DNA of 64,000 nt from Mobula hypostoma (Eukaryota). The position numbers and the translations under genes are program-made. The notes under the pieces are model-generated. The model was given only the letters and a program-made list of their open reading frames with translations, was not told where the DNA came from and made no database searches. Of the stretch, positions 24,101 to 39,100 are shown piece by piece (position 1 is the stretch's first letter; each line of letters opens with the position of its first letter). The DNA lies in assembly GCF_963921235.1 (NCBI RefSeq), contig NC_086097.1:27530001-27594000 (forward strand). The letters are read 5' to 3'.

Positions 24101-27100
24101 CCAGCACAGCACCCAACAATTGCACTAGAAGTGCACTCAACCATACTATGTCAAGTTGCATAGTCAACAAGCACTTACTTTCTGTCATGGTGGAAATAGG
24201 GTCTCAAAATTAGCTAGCGCTCACACTTCTGATGAAAGCACAATCATCAACTAAATCATACCCAGGAACATAGGAATTAGAGGGAATAAATATGAAGCTG
24301 AGATATATGCTCAGTGAGAGATTGAATCAAACATAAGTTCAGAAGAATCAAAATCAGAGTTGGGTTTATTATTGCTGGCATGTGACGTGAAATTTGTTAA
24401 CTTAGCAGCAGCAGTTCAATGCAATACATAATCTAGCAGAGAGAGAAAAAAATAAATAAAATAAAACATAATAATAAATAAACAAGTAAATCAATTACGT
24501 ATATTGAACAGATTATTAAAAAATGTGCAAAAACAGAAATACTGTATATTTTTTAAAAAAGTGAGGTGGTGTCCAAAGCTTCAAAGTCCACTCAGGAATC
24601 GGATGGCAGAGGGGAAGAAGATGTTCCTGAATCGCTGAGTGTGTGCCTTCAGGCTTCTGTATCTCCTGCCTGATGGTAACAGTGAGAAAAGGGCATGCCC
24701 TGGGTGCTGGAGGTTCTTAATAATGGACACTGTCTTTCTGAGACACTGCTCCCTGAAGATGTCCTGGGTACTTTGTAGGCTAGTATCCAAGGTGGAGCTC
24801 ACTAGATTTACAACCTGCAGCTTCTTTTGGTCCTGTGCAGTAGCCCCTCCATACCAGACAGTGATGCAGCCTGTCAGAATGCTCTCCACAGTACAACTAT
24901 AGAAGCTTTTGAGTGTACTTGTTGCCATGCCAAATCACTTCAAACTCCTAATAAAGTATAGCCGCTGCCTTTATCTAGGCTGGATTAGCATTTATAAATT
25001 ATGATAAACACAGAACACTACAGCACAGTGCAGTCCCTTTGGCCCACAATGTGCCAATCTTATAACCAATTTAACTCTACCATTGTACAGTTATTAAGTA
25101 TGGAAACAGGCCCTTTGGCCCAGCTTGTCCATGACGACTAAGGCGCCCTTCTAAGTTTGACCCATTTGCCTGTGTTCACCTAATTCCCTCTATCCCTTTC
25201 CCATTCATGTACCTGTTCAAATGTCTTTCATACATTGTAATTATACTCATCTCTACCACTTTTTCTGCCAGCTTGTTCCATAAACTCCGCCCCATCCTGT
25301 GTGAAACGTTGACCCAGAAGACCTCATAATCCTTAAATTACATCTTTCCTCTACCACCTTAAACCTCTACTTTCTAATCGTGATCTTTCACATTATCAAT
25401 GTGGGAGATGAATGAGGGGGATTTGGCAGAACTTTACAAAATTATGAGGAGCATAGAAGGGTAAACGCAAGCAGGCTTTTTCCACTGTGGTTGAGTGAGA
25501 CTTGAACTAGAGATCATAAGAGTGAAAGGTGAAATATTTAAGGGGAACCTGAAAGGAAACATCTTCACTCAGAGGCTGGTGTGAGTGTGGAATGAGATGC
25601 CAGTGGGAGTGGTGAATGCAGGTTTGATTTCTACATGGATGTGTGAGGTACGAAGGACTATGGTCCAGGTGCTGGTTGATGTGACTAGGCAGAATAACAA
25701 TTAGGCTTGGCCTAGATGGACCAAAGGGTCTGTTTCCATGCGGTGGCATTCCATGACTCAAAGTCCTCCATGATCTTATAAACCTTTATAAGGTAACCCC
25801 ACGGCCTGCTTTGCCCCAGGGAAAACAATCCCAGTCAGACTAGTCTCTCCTTATATCTCCAGCTCTTCAGTCCTGGCAACAAAGAGGGGCCAGAGAGTAA
25901 CCAAACTGAAACGTATTGATGGACAATACTAGGCTGGTTCAATCTTGTGTGATGGAATACCTGCCTTTGGGGCTGCACTCACCTCTGACAACATTTCGTA
26001 CTGTCCCCGCCTTCCCAGTGCAATGGTGAGCAGATCATAGACAATAGAGGCGCTCTGTAAACTGATGACTCGATCATTGTTGTGTTCTGGGATCCGGCTC
26101 AGCACTGCATCCCTGTTAGCCTGACGGATACAAATACATAATTAAGTGGGGTCAAAAGTGACAGAAATTGTTTCAGCATTCCGGTTTGATTTTTGCTGTG
26201 ATTACTTAAAGAATCAAAAGTGGCGCCAAACTGGATAAAGGGCTTTTTATTAAATGTAGGAATCAAAAACAACGTACAGTACGAATACAAAATTATGAGG
26301 GGTATAGATAAGGTAAATGCCAACACTGTGATTGGGTGGGGCTACAACTAGAGGTCATGGATTAAAGGTGAAAGGTGAAAAGTTTAAGGGGAACATGAGG
26401 GGAAACTTCTTCAGTCAGAGGGTTGGGAGAGTGGAGAATGAGCTACCAGCATTTGGTGCATGCAAGCTTGAGTTCAATGTTTAAGAGAAGTTTGGATAGG
26501 CAATTGGATGGCAGGGTGATGAATGGCTACAGGTTGATGGGATTAGGCAGCTTAAATGGTTCAGCACAGTCTAGATGGACCTCCTTCTGTGCTGTACTTT
26601 TCTATGGCTCAATGACTCTATAAAAGCTCGCTGCCAACTTTTTCAGAGCAATACAATATGGAAACAGGCCCTTTGACACAACTCTTCTTTGGCAAATGAA
26701 GTTCAATTCTGAAAAGTGTGATATGATACACTTTGGAAGGTTGACCTTGAAGGTGGAGTACAGGGTTAATAGCAGGATTCTTAGCAGAGGAATCTTAGAG
26801 TCTACATCTACAGATCCCTTAACGTTGCCGCACAAATTGATAGGGTGGTTAAGAAAGTGTATGGCATGTTCAAGAGCTGCGAGGTGGCACTGCAGCTCTA
26901 TAAGAACCCTAGTTAAACCACATTTGGAGTATTGCATTCAGTTCTGGACCATTCATTACAGGAAGGACATGGAAGCTCTACAGAGGAGATTTACCAGAAT
27001 GCTGCCTGGATTAGACAACATGTCTTATGAGGAAATGGTGAGCAAGCAAGAGCCTTTCTCTTTGAAGTGGAGGAGGATGAATAGGTAACTTGATAGAAGT

Positions 27101-30100
27101 GCATAAAATAATAAGGCATTTATAGAGTGGACAGTTAGTGCCAGGATGGCAATGGTTAATGCGAGAGAGCGTAATTTTAAGGCGACTGGAGGAAAGTATA
27201 AGGAGAATGTAAGGGGTAGGTGAATCTGTGGAGCACGCTGCCGTGCAGAGGCAGAGACATTAGGGACATGTAAGAGTTTCATAGATAGGTACATGGATGA
27301 AAGAAAATTGGAGGACTATGTGAGAGGGAAGGGTTAGCCTGATCTTGGAATAGGTTAAAAGGCATACATCGTGGGGCGAAGGGCCTGTACTGTTCTATGT
27401 TCTATGCTCACCTATTCTAATTCCATTTGCCCACATGTAGCCTGTATCCCTCTACACCTTTTCTATGCATATACTTAACCAATTATCTTTTAGATGTCAT
27501 TTCTGTACCTGCCTCAATTACTTTCTCTTGGAGCTTATTCCATGTATGCACCTCTGTATGAAGAAGTTGCCCCTCAGGTCCCTTTTAAATCTTTCCTTTC
27601 TCACCTTAAATTTATGCCCTTTGGTTTTTGGTTCTCTTTCTCTGGGAAGAAGTACATTCATTCTGTCTATGACCCTTATGATTTTATACACCTCTAATTT
27701 GTTAACTGTTTTCTTCACTCCTGGAGATGCAGTGTGTGTTGAAGCAACTGACTGAGCACTCAGGTCTCCCTCAGTCACTCAGTGATACTAATAAACTGAG
27801 GAAAGTGTGCAGATCAAAGACAAAATCAAAGTAAATTTATCAAAGTACATATATGTCACCATATACTACCTTGGGATTCATTTTCATGGGCATTTACAGG
27901 AAAATAAAGAAATAGAATTTATGAAAACTATAAATAAAGACTGACAACCAATGCACAAAAGAAGATAAACTGTGCATATAAATAGATCGATAGATAGATA
28001 ATACTGAGATCATGAGTTGTAGAGTCCTTGAAAGTGACTGTGTAGGTTGTGGAATCAGTTCAGAGCTAAGGTGAGTGAAGTTATCCATGCTGGTTCTCGT
28101 GCATGATGGTTGAAAGGATCACAATCAGGCCTGATCATGTTCTCACCAAATCTCACTTTACCACCCAGGATGAAGAATTATAGAACCATAAACAATATAA
28201 TTACTTAGGGTATCAAAGAGAAAAGTTGCCCCTTAATTGCCCAACGCAAGAACATGAAAGCTTCTAATCTTCACTTAGCACTATAACCTGCTAGACACAA
28301 TAGGCCCTCAGAGGATTTGTGGGGAACTGACTTTACTGAAAACAAAGAAAATACACTGCATCATGGTTCCAAAAATAGGATAGCTAAATGCAGCATACAA
28401 TTAAAAACAGCATGAGGGAAACAGTTTGCGCCGAACTTGAGAAAAATACACCACAGGAAAATATATTTAAATCAATTTCTGTGGAAGGTGCATGTGAGTG
28501 TTTCACAGGAGGTCAGCATTAAGAAAATGATCAACCAACAATCTGCTGGAAGAACTCAACAGGTCCAGCAGCATCTGCAGGAGGAAAGGTATTGTCTATC
28601 TTCTGAGTCAAGACGGTAGAAAATTCCTTTCCTCCCACAGATGCTTCTTGATCTACTGAATTTTCAGATCTCAGCATTTGTGGTCTCTTGTGTCTGCTTG
28701 AGTAAAGGGTCACACTTTTATTATATCATATAACCGTCTACTAGTGTAGTGTAGTGCATGATGAAAGGCAGATACATTAGAAACATTTAAGAGGCTCTTG
28801 AATAGGCATGTGGATGAAGGAAAAATGGAGGCTAATATGGTTTGGAGGATTATATTGATCTTGGAGTAGGTTAAAAGGTTAGCACAACATCGTGGGCCGA
28901 AGGAGCTATACTGCACTGTTGTGTTCTATGTTCAATGTTCTATAGGTAAAAGATGCAAACCTCATTAGTCCTCCTCATAAATGCTCCAAATCAGATTAAC
29001 ATCTCAATAAATTTCAAGGGTATTCCATAAAATGACACATTCATATTTACCCTGTCCAAATCGGGCAAGATAGAGGAAGATAGAAGAATTACAAACTATA
29101 TCATAATAAATCATACTATGCATTAACCGTGATAATTTTAAACAACCTGATGCTTAAGTATATATTTTTAAGTAGAAGCTGAAAGAAGTTGAAAGAAAGC
29201 CCACGTGAGTTCTCAAACAGAAAATTTCTACGTGTATCCAAGGAAAGAAATTTGTGAAATATTCTTTTGAACTACATGGAGGAGTCAGAAAAAAAATAAG
29301 CAGAAACGTCAAGTAGAAAAGTCACAAACCCAAAATAAACAACACAAGCTTAGTTTTCATCATTAAATATAAATAACTTGTCAGTGGTCATCACTCTGGG
29401 TACATAAAATGGAAAATACTCCAGTGTTTTATTTTACAACTGCCATCCTTACATAGTTGTGGCTTTCCAGCTCCACACTTTGGCACTCCTCCTCCTTTAC
29501 TCCCTCTAACAGCCACTTAACCCAGCTTCTCACTTCATCCCCCCCTCTCCTAGTCACCCACCTTCCCTATCACCTGCCAGCTTGTACTCCTTCCCCCTCA
29601 CCCCACCTTCTTATTCTGGTTTCTGCCCCTTTCCTTTCCAGTCCTGATGAAGGATTTCAGCCCACAATGGCCACTGTTTATTCCCCTCCATAGATGCTGC
29701 CCTACCTGCTGAGTTCCTCCAGCATTTTGTCTGTTACCCTGTCTCCCTTTGGTTCAGAATTAACTGAAAGCATAGCTTAGAGGAACACAAATCTTCTGTC
29801 CTGCTTTAAAATTACAGGATTTGTATGGGATAACTGCTACCCTATCCATGTGCTAATTTTTGCTCATCAGCCAGCCGGGCCTGACTACTACCATGTGCAG
29901 AGATGTAGACTGAAGTCTGGCCTTTGACTGTGTGCAATTTTAGTCACCCCCTTACATGAAGGATACCGAGGCTTTGGAGAGGGTACAGAAGAGGTTACCA
30001 TGATGCTGCCTGTATTTGAGGGCTATTAAGGAGAGGCTGGACAAATTGGGTTGTTTTCTCTGGAGAGTTGGAGGCTGAGGAGAGACTTAATAGAAGTTTA

Positions 30101-33100
30101 TAAAACTGTGAGAGGTGTAGAAATTAGAGGGTCTTTTACCTGGAGTAGTCAATTACTGGTCATGCATTTAAGGTGAGAGGGGGAAAGGAGTCATACAGCA
30201 TAGGTTTTTTTCACAGAGAGTGGCAAATGCCTGAAATGGGTTGTTGGGGAAGTTGTGGAAGCAGGTATAATTTAATCTATTAAACATAATTATTCTATTT
30301 GTTATCTGTTAGATATATGAATATGTAAAGATTCAAAGTTCAAAGTATATATATGAAATCATATACAGTCACCATATACTACCTTGAGTTCTTGCAAGCA
30401 TTTACAAGAAAATACGGAAATACTATAGAATTTATGAGTAACAAAGATTGACAAACAACTAAAGTGCAAAAGAATACAACTGGATCATGTACAGGCAGAA
30501 GAGATTTGTTTAATTTTGTATTGTGTTCAGCACAGACATTGTGGGCTGAAGGACCTGTTCCTGTGCTGTACAGTTCTACGTAAGCTGCTCAAGGGTGTCC
30601 ACAGACAGGCAGAAGGCTTTCACCAGATAAATTATAGCCAGTAGAGAAAGGGAAATGGAAGCATTCATAGGACTGAAGCAAGGCACGTTTCATGTATCTC
30701 AAGTGGACACAGCTTGTAGGCTTCTTTTGCTAACCTTTGAAAGAGAAGTGCACAGATGTATTCAACTGGGATTCAGCAGGAGTAGAGGCTGATGGTAGAT
30801 GGAGGACTAGTCAGGCCTTTGCTCAAGAAAGAAGTAACAGGCAGAGATGAAATAATGAGGTGCCAATATCCCTGTTTAACCGAATTATATGGTTCTGCAC
30901 TGCATAATTCTATTTAGGGGAAGGAATTTAGAACATTTGTGACCAGTACAACTATGATTCTTTAAAGGTTCAAGATTGTTTATGTCATACTTTAGTACAC
31001 AAGTGTATAGGAGAATGAAATGATTGTTACTCCAGATCCAATGCAACATAAAAAAAATCCTTTGCTGTAATTGTCAGTATGATGCATTTGTCAAAGTAAA
31101 CAGTTGGAATTTATTAGCGTTCTATTTCTCCCCAATGGCTCTATTTCTTATTGTTCTAGTTAGTGTTTTCATTGGAACAATTATAATTATATTAAATGTC
31201 ACCACACTGTCACTGCAAAAGAATCACACTTACCATAGATTCGCTAATGAGCAACAGCAAAAGAGCTTCTTCTGTGTTTTCTTGAGGACAGAAAATGCTG
31301 GAACAATAAAAGAATACGATAATGCAGTTCACCATTTCGCTCGGCAGGTTTTGAAAAACGTTGTCATGATAGGACAAACAAGAGAAAATCTACAGATGCT
31401 GAAATCCAAGCAACACATGCAAAATGTTGGAGGAACTCAGCAGGCCAGGCAGCATCTAGAAAAAGAGTAGAGTCAACAATCTGGGCCGAAACCCTTCAGC
31501 AGGACTGAGTTCCTCCAGCATTTTGAGTGTGTTGTCATGAAAGGTCTCTAATTGCAACTTGTGAAAAATCTCAGGATAGGGGAAAGTAGTTGCTCCTCGA
31601 GAGCACTTTAGCCAATGCAAGTTGGAGAAAGGAGATTCAATCTTGTGTTTGTGACAATGTTTCTGACAACAAATCTCATCCACTACTTTCCGAATCGGCC
31701 AAAAAGCATGCTGAATTATTTCACAAAATTAGGAAAACTGGTTGCTCTTGAAAAGGCAAAGTGCACATTAGTATTAGTGAGTTGTGGGCACAGAATCTTG
31801 ACACTGGAAGTGTGGCGACACTTGCGGGCTGCTCTGCGATTTGACGCAAAATATGCATTTCACTGTATCTTTTGATGTACATAAGGCAAATAAAGCTAAT
31901 CTTTATCTTTATTTTCAAGATTCAAGATTGCTTATTGTCATTCATGAGTGTATAGGAGAACAAAATGATACTGTTCTATACATGATGTGATTGTATGTAC
32001 ATAAAGTGACACTATGTGATGTGTACGTAGTGATAAACACAAGAGATTCTGCAGATGCTGAAAATCCAGAGTCACACATACAACATGCTGGAGAAACTCA
32101 GCAGGTCAGGCAGCATCTATGGAAAGGAATAAATAGTCCATGATTTGGGCTGAGAGCCTCCATCAAGACATTAGTCTCGGTCTAATAGGTGGAGGTGTTG
32201 TTCAGCCTGAAGGCTTGGGAGAAGTATTCCTCTTCTCTCCAAGTTTACCAGTTAATTGAAATCTGTAAAGCTTTTCTTTGCCTGCCTGGTGCACTCCAGG
32301 AACACAGTATCAATCAGTCTGATAATGACAAATGAGTTCCTACCCTTTCTGTATAAAAAGATGAAAGTGCATGCAGTTGGAGCTAACAGCAGCTTCCCAA
32401 CAAACCATCACCACAGAAACAAACCTGACGGGTTTTTAACACTCACAGGTTCTATTTGAGATGCACCATTATTGGAGGTTAAGAAAATCAACTAGTTATT
32501 TAATTAAAGTCAGAATTACAACTACTTAAGCGACCATTTGGCCCAAAACTGTCTTATTCTTCACACCATCATCTTCAGCTTTCTATTGCTCCTCTACTTT
32601 CTAGTTTGAAGCTATAGTCTAAGCCTATGGAGAGCTTTTAGTTGGATTTTCAGATAGTGGTTAGCCCAGCGCTTTACAACCCAACAGTAAGATCAGGGTT
32701 CCATTCTCATCACTGTCTGTTAGGAGTCTGTATATTCTCCCTGTGACCACCCGGGTTTCCTCTGGGTGCTCTGGTTTCCTCCACATTCCAAAGATGTATG
32801 GTTAAGGTAACTGAGTTGTGGTCATGCTACGTTGGACACATGTGGGTCCCCCCATCACAATCCTCACTGATTTGATATGACGCAAAGGACATATTTTATG
32901 TTTTGATGTACATATGATAAATAAAGTTAAAACTTTTACCTTTATCTTAGTAAGTTCTACTGGCAATGGAAAAATGGGAGTTACGTAGGAGGGAAGGGTA
33001 GATTGATCTTAGAGTAGATTAAAAAGTCAGCACAGTATGGTGGGTTGAAGAGCCTGTTCTATGTTATATGTTATAAGTGTTGTTTGAAATACAGCATGAT

Positions 33101-36100
33101 CCATAAACTGCTATCTTCATTTGACATCCACTGGGTAGATCATGGCCTGTGCCAAAAACTTCACTCCATCATCACAGGTATAGCAAAAAAAAACTCTTAA
33201 GGTGTTCCCTAGGTTTAGGAAAGAAATGACTAGAGGGGCAAACTGAAATTTGGTCAGTGAAGTGGATTTTAATAAAGGAATGGAGTGGAGACTTGATAAG
33301 AATTAGTAGGGAGTTACTTGAGAGGGAAGGGTTTGATTGATCTTAAGAGTAGATTAACAGGTTGGCACAGCATCATAGGCAGTCGGACCAGTACTGTATA
33401 GCATGGGGCCCATCAGCAGCGTCAGCAGAGCTCTAAGAAATAAATGAAAGTACAGAAGGGATAAGTGGAGCGGCCATTGTGGGGGCAGCCACTGTCGGGA
33501 GTAGGCCAGTGGCGAGATTAGAAGCGACAGGTTTTGGCTCAAAAGAGGCGTCGGCTCTGTGTAAAGCCTCTGTTAAGGTTTCCTTTTTGCTTTTTTTCCT
33601 CGCTTACTGTACCATTTAAATGGCTGTGGTGTGCTTTTCATGCCGGGTGTTGGAGAACTGGGAGACCTAGAGTCTCCCGGGGAACTACATCTGCGTGAAG
33701 TGCATCCAGCTGTGGTTCCTTGAAGACCGTGTTAAGGATCTGGAGCAGCAACTGGATGATCTTCGGCTTGTACGAGAGAGTGAGGACATAATTGATCAAA
33801 GTTACAGGGAGGTAGTCACCCCGACATTGCAGGAGGCGAGTAATTGGGTGTCAGGAGAAATGGAAATAGGACGTTACAACAGAGTACCCCTGTGGCTATT
33901 CCTCTCAAAAACAAGTATACCACTTTGGATACTTCTGTGGGGGGTGACCTCCATAAAACGGTAGGAGGCAGCGAGTGGCAATAAAAGGATCCTTTTCTGG
34001 TTGGCTGCCAGAGACTAGTGGTGTTCCGTAGGGGTCGGTGTTGGGACCACTTGCTTTTATATTGTATATAAATGATTTAGATGATGGAAAAAATGGCTTT
34101 GCTGCCAAGTTTGCAAATGATACAAAGATTGGTGGAGGCGCAGGTAGTGTTGAGGAAACAGGCAGGATGCAGAAGGGCTTAGAAAGATTAGGAGAATGGG
34201 CAAGAAAGTGGCAAGTGAAATACAATGTTGGAAAATGCATGGTCACGTACTTTGGTAGTAGAAATAAATGCTCGGACTATTTTCTAAACAGGGAGAAAAT
34301 CCAAAAATCTTAGATGGGACTTGGGAGTCCTTGTGCACCCTAAAGGCTAACTTGCAGGTCGTGTTGGTGGTGAGAAAGGCAAATGTCATGTTAGCATGTT
34401 CATTTCAAGAGGTCTAGAATACAAGAGCAAGGATGTGATGCTGAGGCTTTATAAGGCACTGGTGAGGCCTCACCTTGAGTATTGTGAACAGTTTTGGGCC
34501 CCCCATCTTAGAAAAGATGTGCTGGCATTGGACAGGGTTTAGAAGAGGTTCACAAGGATGATTCCAGGATTGTAAGGGTTATCATATAAAGAATGTTTGA
34601 TGGCTCTGGACCTGTACTCACTGGAATTCAGAATGATGAAAGGGATCTTACTGAAACCTTTCAAATGCTGAAAGGACTAGACAGAGTAGATGTGGAAAGG
34701 ATGTTTCCCATGGTGGGACAGTCTAGGACAAGAAGGCACAGCCTCAAGATAGAGGGGCGCCCTTTCAAAATAGAGATGCGGAGAAATTTCTTTAGCCAAA
34801 GGGTGGTGAATTTATGGAATTTGTTGCTACATGCAGCTGTGGAGACCAGGTTGTTGGGCGTATTTAAGGCCGAGATTGATAGGTTCTTGATTGGACATGG
34901 CATCAAAGGTTACGGGGAGAAGGCCGGGAATTGGGATTGAGGAGAGTTTAAAAAAAGGATCAGCCATGATTGAATGGTGGAGCAGACTCAATGGGCCAGA
35001 AGGTCTAATTTTGCTCCTATGTCTTATGGTCTTATGTATTGTTCTGTTCTACTTCCAGAGTGTGTGGTCCATTGGACTGAACATACAATTATTTTTTCTC
35101 CCTAACAGTGTTGAAGATTATTCATTACCATAGAATCCATTCAATTCATGTTGACTTTTTTGAGACCAGATTTTCCCCAGTGGAGAAGGTACTCCAACCC
35201 TTTCTTTTGCAAAGCTCTCTGATTGTTCCTCTACATAAATCCTAATTTCCCGTGAGAAAGTGATGGCAAGCCACCTTCCTGATGAGCAAGTAGAAAGACT
35301 TGATGGAACTGAACCACCAGCTGGCAAAACAGAATGCCTCTGACCTAGTCATGTAGCCACTGTATTCATGTGACTGGTTGAGTTAACATTCTGGTCAATG
35401 GTAATCCCCACAATGTTGAAGATAGAGGATTCAGTCATGATAGAACATAGAACAGCACAGCACAATACAGGCCCTTTGGCCCACAATGTTGTGCTGACCC
35501 TCAAACCCTGCCTCCCATATAAGTTCCCACCTTAGATTCCTCCATATACCTGTCTAGTAGTCTCTTAAACTTCACTAGTGTATCTGCCTCCACCACTGAC
35601 TCAGGCAGTGCATTCCACGCACCAACCACTCTCTGAGTAAAAAACCTTCCTCTAATATCCCCCTTGAACTTCTCACCCCTTACCTTAAAGCCATGTCCTC
35701 TTGTATTGAGCAGTGGTGCCCTGGGGAAGAGACGCTGGCTATCCACTCTATCTATTCCTCTTATTATCTTGTACACCTCTATTATGTCTCCTCTCATCCT
35801 CCTTCTCTCCAAAGAGTAAAGCCCTAGCTCCCTTAATCTCTGATCATAATGCATACTTTCTAAACCAGGCAGCATCCTGGTAAATCTCCTCTGTACCCTT
35901 TCCAATGCTTCCACATCCTTCCTATAGTGAGGTGATAAAGCCTTTGAATATCAAGGGAGCTGTTCCTTTAGTTGGAGACGGCCATTTCCTGGCATTTGTA
36001 TCCTATGAATTCATGTATGATACTTACGTCAATTGTTTAACCAGGACTGGAGGTTGGAGGCCCAATGTCTGCAAAGTGTGTCCAGGGCCCAGGACTGAGG

Positions 36101-39100
36101 CCTGGAGTGGTCTGTCCTGAAGTTGGAGGCTTGTCTGTGCATGTGAGCGGGTGGGTGGCCATGAGGATGAGAAAGAAGCTTGTTTTTCTGTTGTTGTCTT
36201 GTTTTGTGTTGTGATTGCTGTTGTGTTGTTTTGCTGAATATTGTTGCATGCTATGTTGGTGCCAGAATATATGGCAACCAATGCAGCTAGCTGCCCTCAG
36301 CCATTTCTTGTTTAATGTATTTCTCTATATGTTTCAATGTACACGTGATAAATAAATCTGAATCTGAATAATATGCTAGCTAGTTCTACATTTTAACTAC
36401 TGAATAAAGTAGTACCGCCCCTGACTGTAATTATAACTATTTTAATCGCCACTTGGCTCTACCTGTATCTTATTCTCTCATAGAATAATGCAGCATAGGA
36501 ACAGGCCCCTCAGCCCAATTGGTCCATGCCGACCACAGCATCCTCCCTGCTAGTCGCTGCATTTGGCCCATAACCCTCCAAGCCCTTCCCTGTCTATGTA
36601 GCTACCCAAATATCTTTTAAATTTGGGCAGCATGGTCGTCCAACAGTTAGCGTAACGCTACTGTAGTGCCAGCAACCTGTGTTTAATTTCCACTGTAAGG
36701 AATTTATATGTGACTGTGTGGGTTTTCTCCGAATGCTCTGGTTTCCTCCCAAAAAGACATACAAGTTAGGATTGGTATGTTGTGGACATGGTATGTTGTG
36801 GACATTGTATGTTGTAGACATGCTTTGTTGTGGACATGGAATGTTGTAGACATGCTATGTTGCGGACATACTATGTTGGTGCCAGAAGATGGTGACACTT
36901 GCTGGCTATCCCCAGTACATCTGCAGACTGTGTTGGTCATTGGCTTAAATGACACATTTCGCTCTATGTTTGATGTACATGTGACAAACAAAGCTATTCT
37001 CTAATCTCTGAATGTTGCAATTGTATCTGCCTCTGATGCTAACCATCATCCACCAGCCCTTCCCTCTCTCCCATCTGTTCCAGCCCTTGTCTCATTGCCT
37101 CCCTCCCATCCCCACCCCACTCGCAGTTCTGATCCATAGTCTCGATCCAAAATGGTCACCATCCCCTCTGCCTCCCAAATGCTGCTTGGTATACTGAGCT
37201 CCTCAACCAGTGCGTGTTTTTTTTTTACAAAATTCTAGTATCTGCAGTCTCTTGTGTCTCTATCTCATGTTCATGACTCCTTGATTCCAATGCCTTACAT
37301 ATTCATTATTCAGAATCACCATTTCTACCAGCTACCCAATCCAACCTGGAGTTTGAAACACTTCCATTAAATCACCTTTCACTTTTTGTTTTCCAACATT
37401 AAAGGACACAGCATTTTCATACTTTCTTGAAATATCATAGAACTACACCAATAGAAGAGTCCATCACCTGAGTTTTCACTTATCCCTTCCATTATTTTTG
37501 CTTTGTACTTCAGTCATAGAACACTACAACACAGAAACAGGCCCTTTGGCCCATCTAATATAAGCCTACCTATTATTCTGCCTAGTCATACTGACCCGCA
37601 CATAAGCCATAGCTCTCTATACCTCTCCCATCCATGTACTTATCCACAGAGATCTGGGAATATAGATCCATAATTCCATGAACGTGGCAACACAAGTAGA
37701 TAAGGGTGTACAGGGAGTTTTTGGCACATTGACTGTCATAGAACTCAATATACACGAGTTGGGATGTTACGTTGAAGTTGTATAAAACTTTGGTGAGACC
37801 AAATTTGCAGTATTGTGTGCAGTTCTGGTCACCTATTTGCAGGAAAGATATCAGTTAGATTAAAAGAGTATGGAAAATATTTACGAGGATGTTATTGGGA
37901 CTGTGGGATCCGAATTAAAGGTAAAGGTTGAATATATTAAGATTTTATTCCCTGGAGTGTAGGAGAATGAAGGGAGATTTGATAGTGGTATACAAAATCA
38001 TGAAGAGTATAGGTAGTGGAAATGCAAGCAGGTTTGTTCCACTGAGGTTGGGTGAGACTAGAGTTAAAAGTTGTAGGTTAGGAGAGAAAGGTGAAATACT
38101 TAAGGGAAACCTGAGGGAGAATTAATACACTCACAGTAGTGCGAGTGTAGAATGAGCTACCAGCAACAGCGGAGGTGCAGGTTCAATTGCAACATAGAAG
38201 AGGTTTAGATAATTGTGTGGATCGGAGGGAAATGGAGGGCTATGGCCCAGGTGCTGTGATTGAATGAGGCAGAATAATAGCTTGACATGGACTAGATGGG
38301 CCAAAGGACCTGTTGTGTGCTGTAATGTTCTATGTCTCTATGGCTCTATTTTGCTTGTATTTCTTAACCTCTCTGGTATTGTTCTACTCTTTGTGTACAG
38401 AGACATCTATCATGACTCTGGATCAGACTCCGGATTTGAGTCTAAGTACAAGGGTCTACAAGAATAGATTCACAAAAGAAAACTACTAAGAGTTCTTTGA
38501 GAATGCTTTCTTCAAGAGCCAGGTGATCCTAATCGCAAGCTGATATGGCATTGAATTTTAACCGAATAAGAGTAAGGCTGAAAATAAATTGACATGCTCT
38601 AAATTATTGCTTTTGGTTTAAGAGGATTAGGCAGCAGGCGCCTTGGGAAATATGCACTCATCGTCTGAGATCTGTGTAGCTGAGCATCTCTGTCCTAGTG
38701 CTGTGATCAATACACACCATGTCATTTATCACCAAAAATCACAGGCAATTTCTGCTCAAACTATAATGTGGATTTCTTCACCTCTAAAGAATTACAATTA
38801 TTACCGCTGTGGATGTAAAAGGCACTTTAATTAGTTAAACCAACTGAGACCACACATTCATAAGCTTCAGCACCTAAAATGCTCTCAGGGCACCTTAAAT
38901 GGTCCACTTCAAAGCTGATTGAAGATCATTATATTTTATATGAACAAAAACCAACGGAAGCAAGAGGCAAAGAAATGGAAATTTGACTTTAGAAACTCAA
39001 AAATTGTGATATTGCTATTGTTTGCAAACTCACCCAAGTGCTGAGTCTGTACAGTATACTCCCATCCACTGAGTCAACCATTTTGCACTTGAGAAAAAGA

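Noticed and set aside
31024..31470. 148-aa plus-strand ORF with a hydrophobic stretch
   Set aside because: It spans AT-rich intron, the antisense of a TTC7B exon and a pLTR fragment; a chance ORF.
36774..36878. Regular short repeats suggesting a CRISPR array
   Set aside because: The 16-bp units are directly adjacent with no unique spacers, lie inside a SINE in a vertebrate intron, and no cas genes are present.
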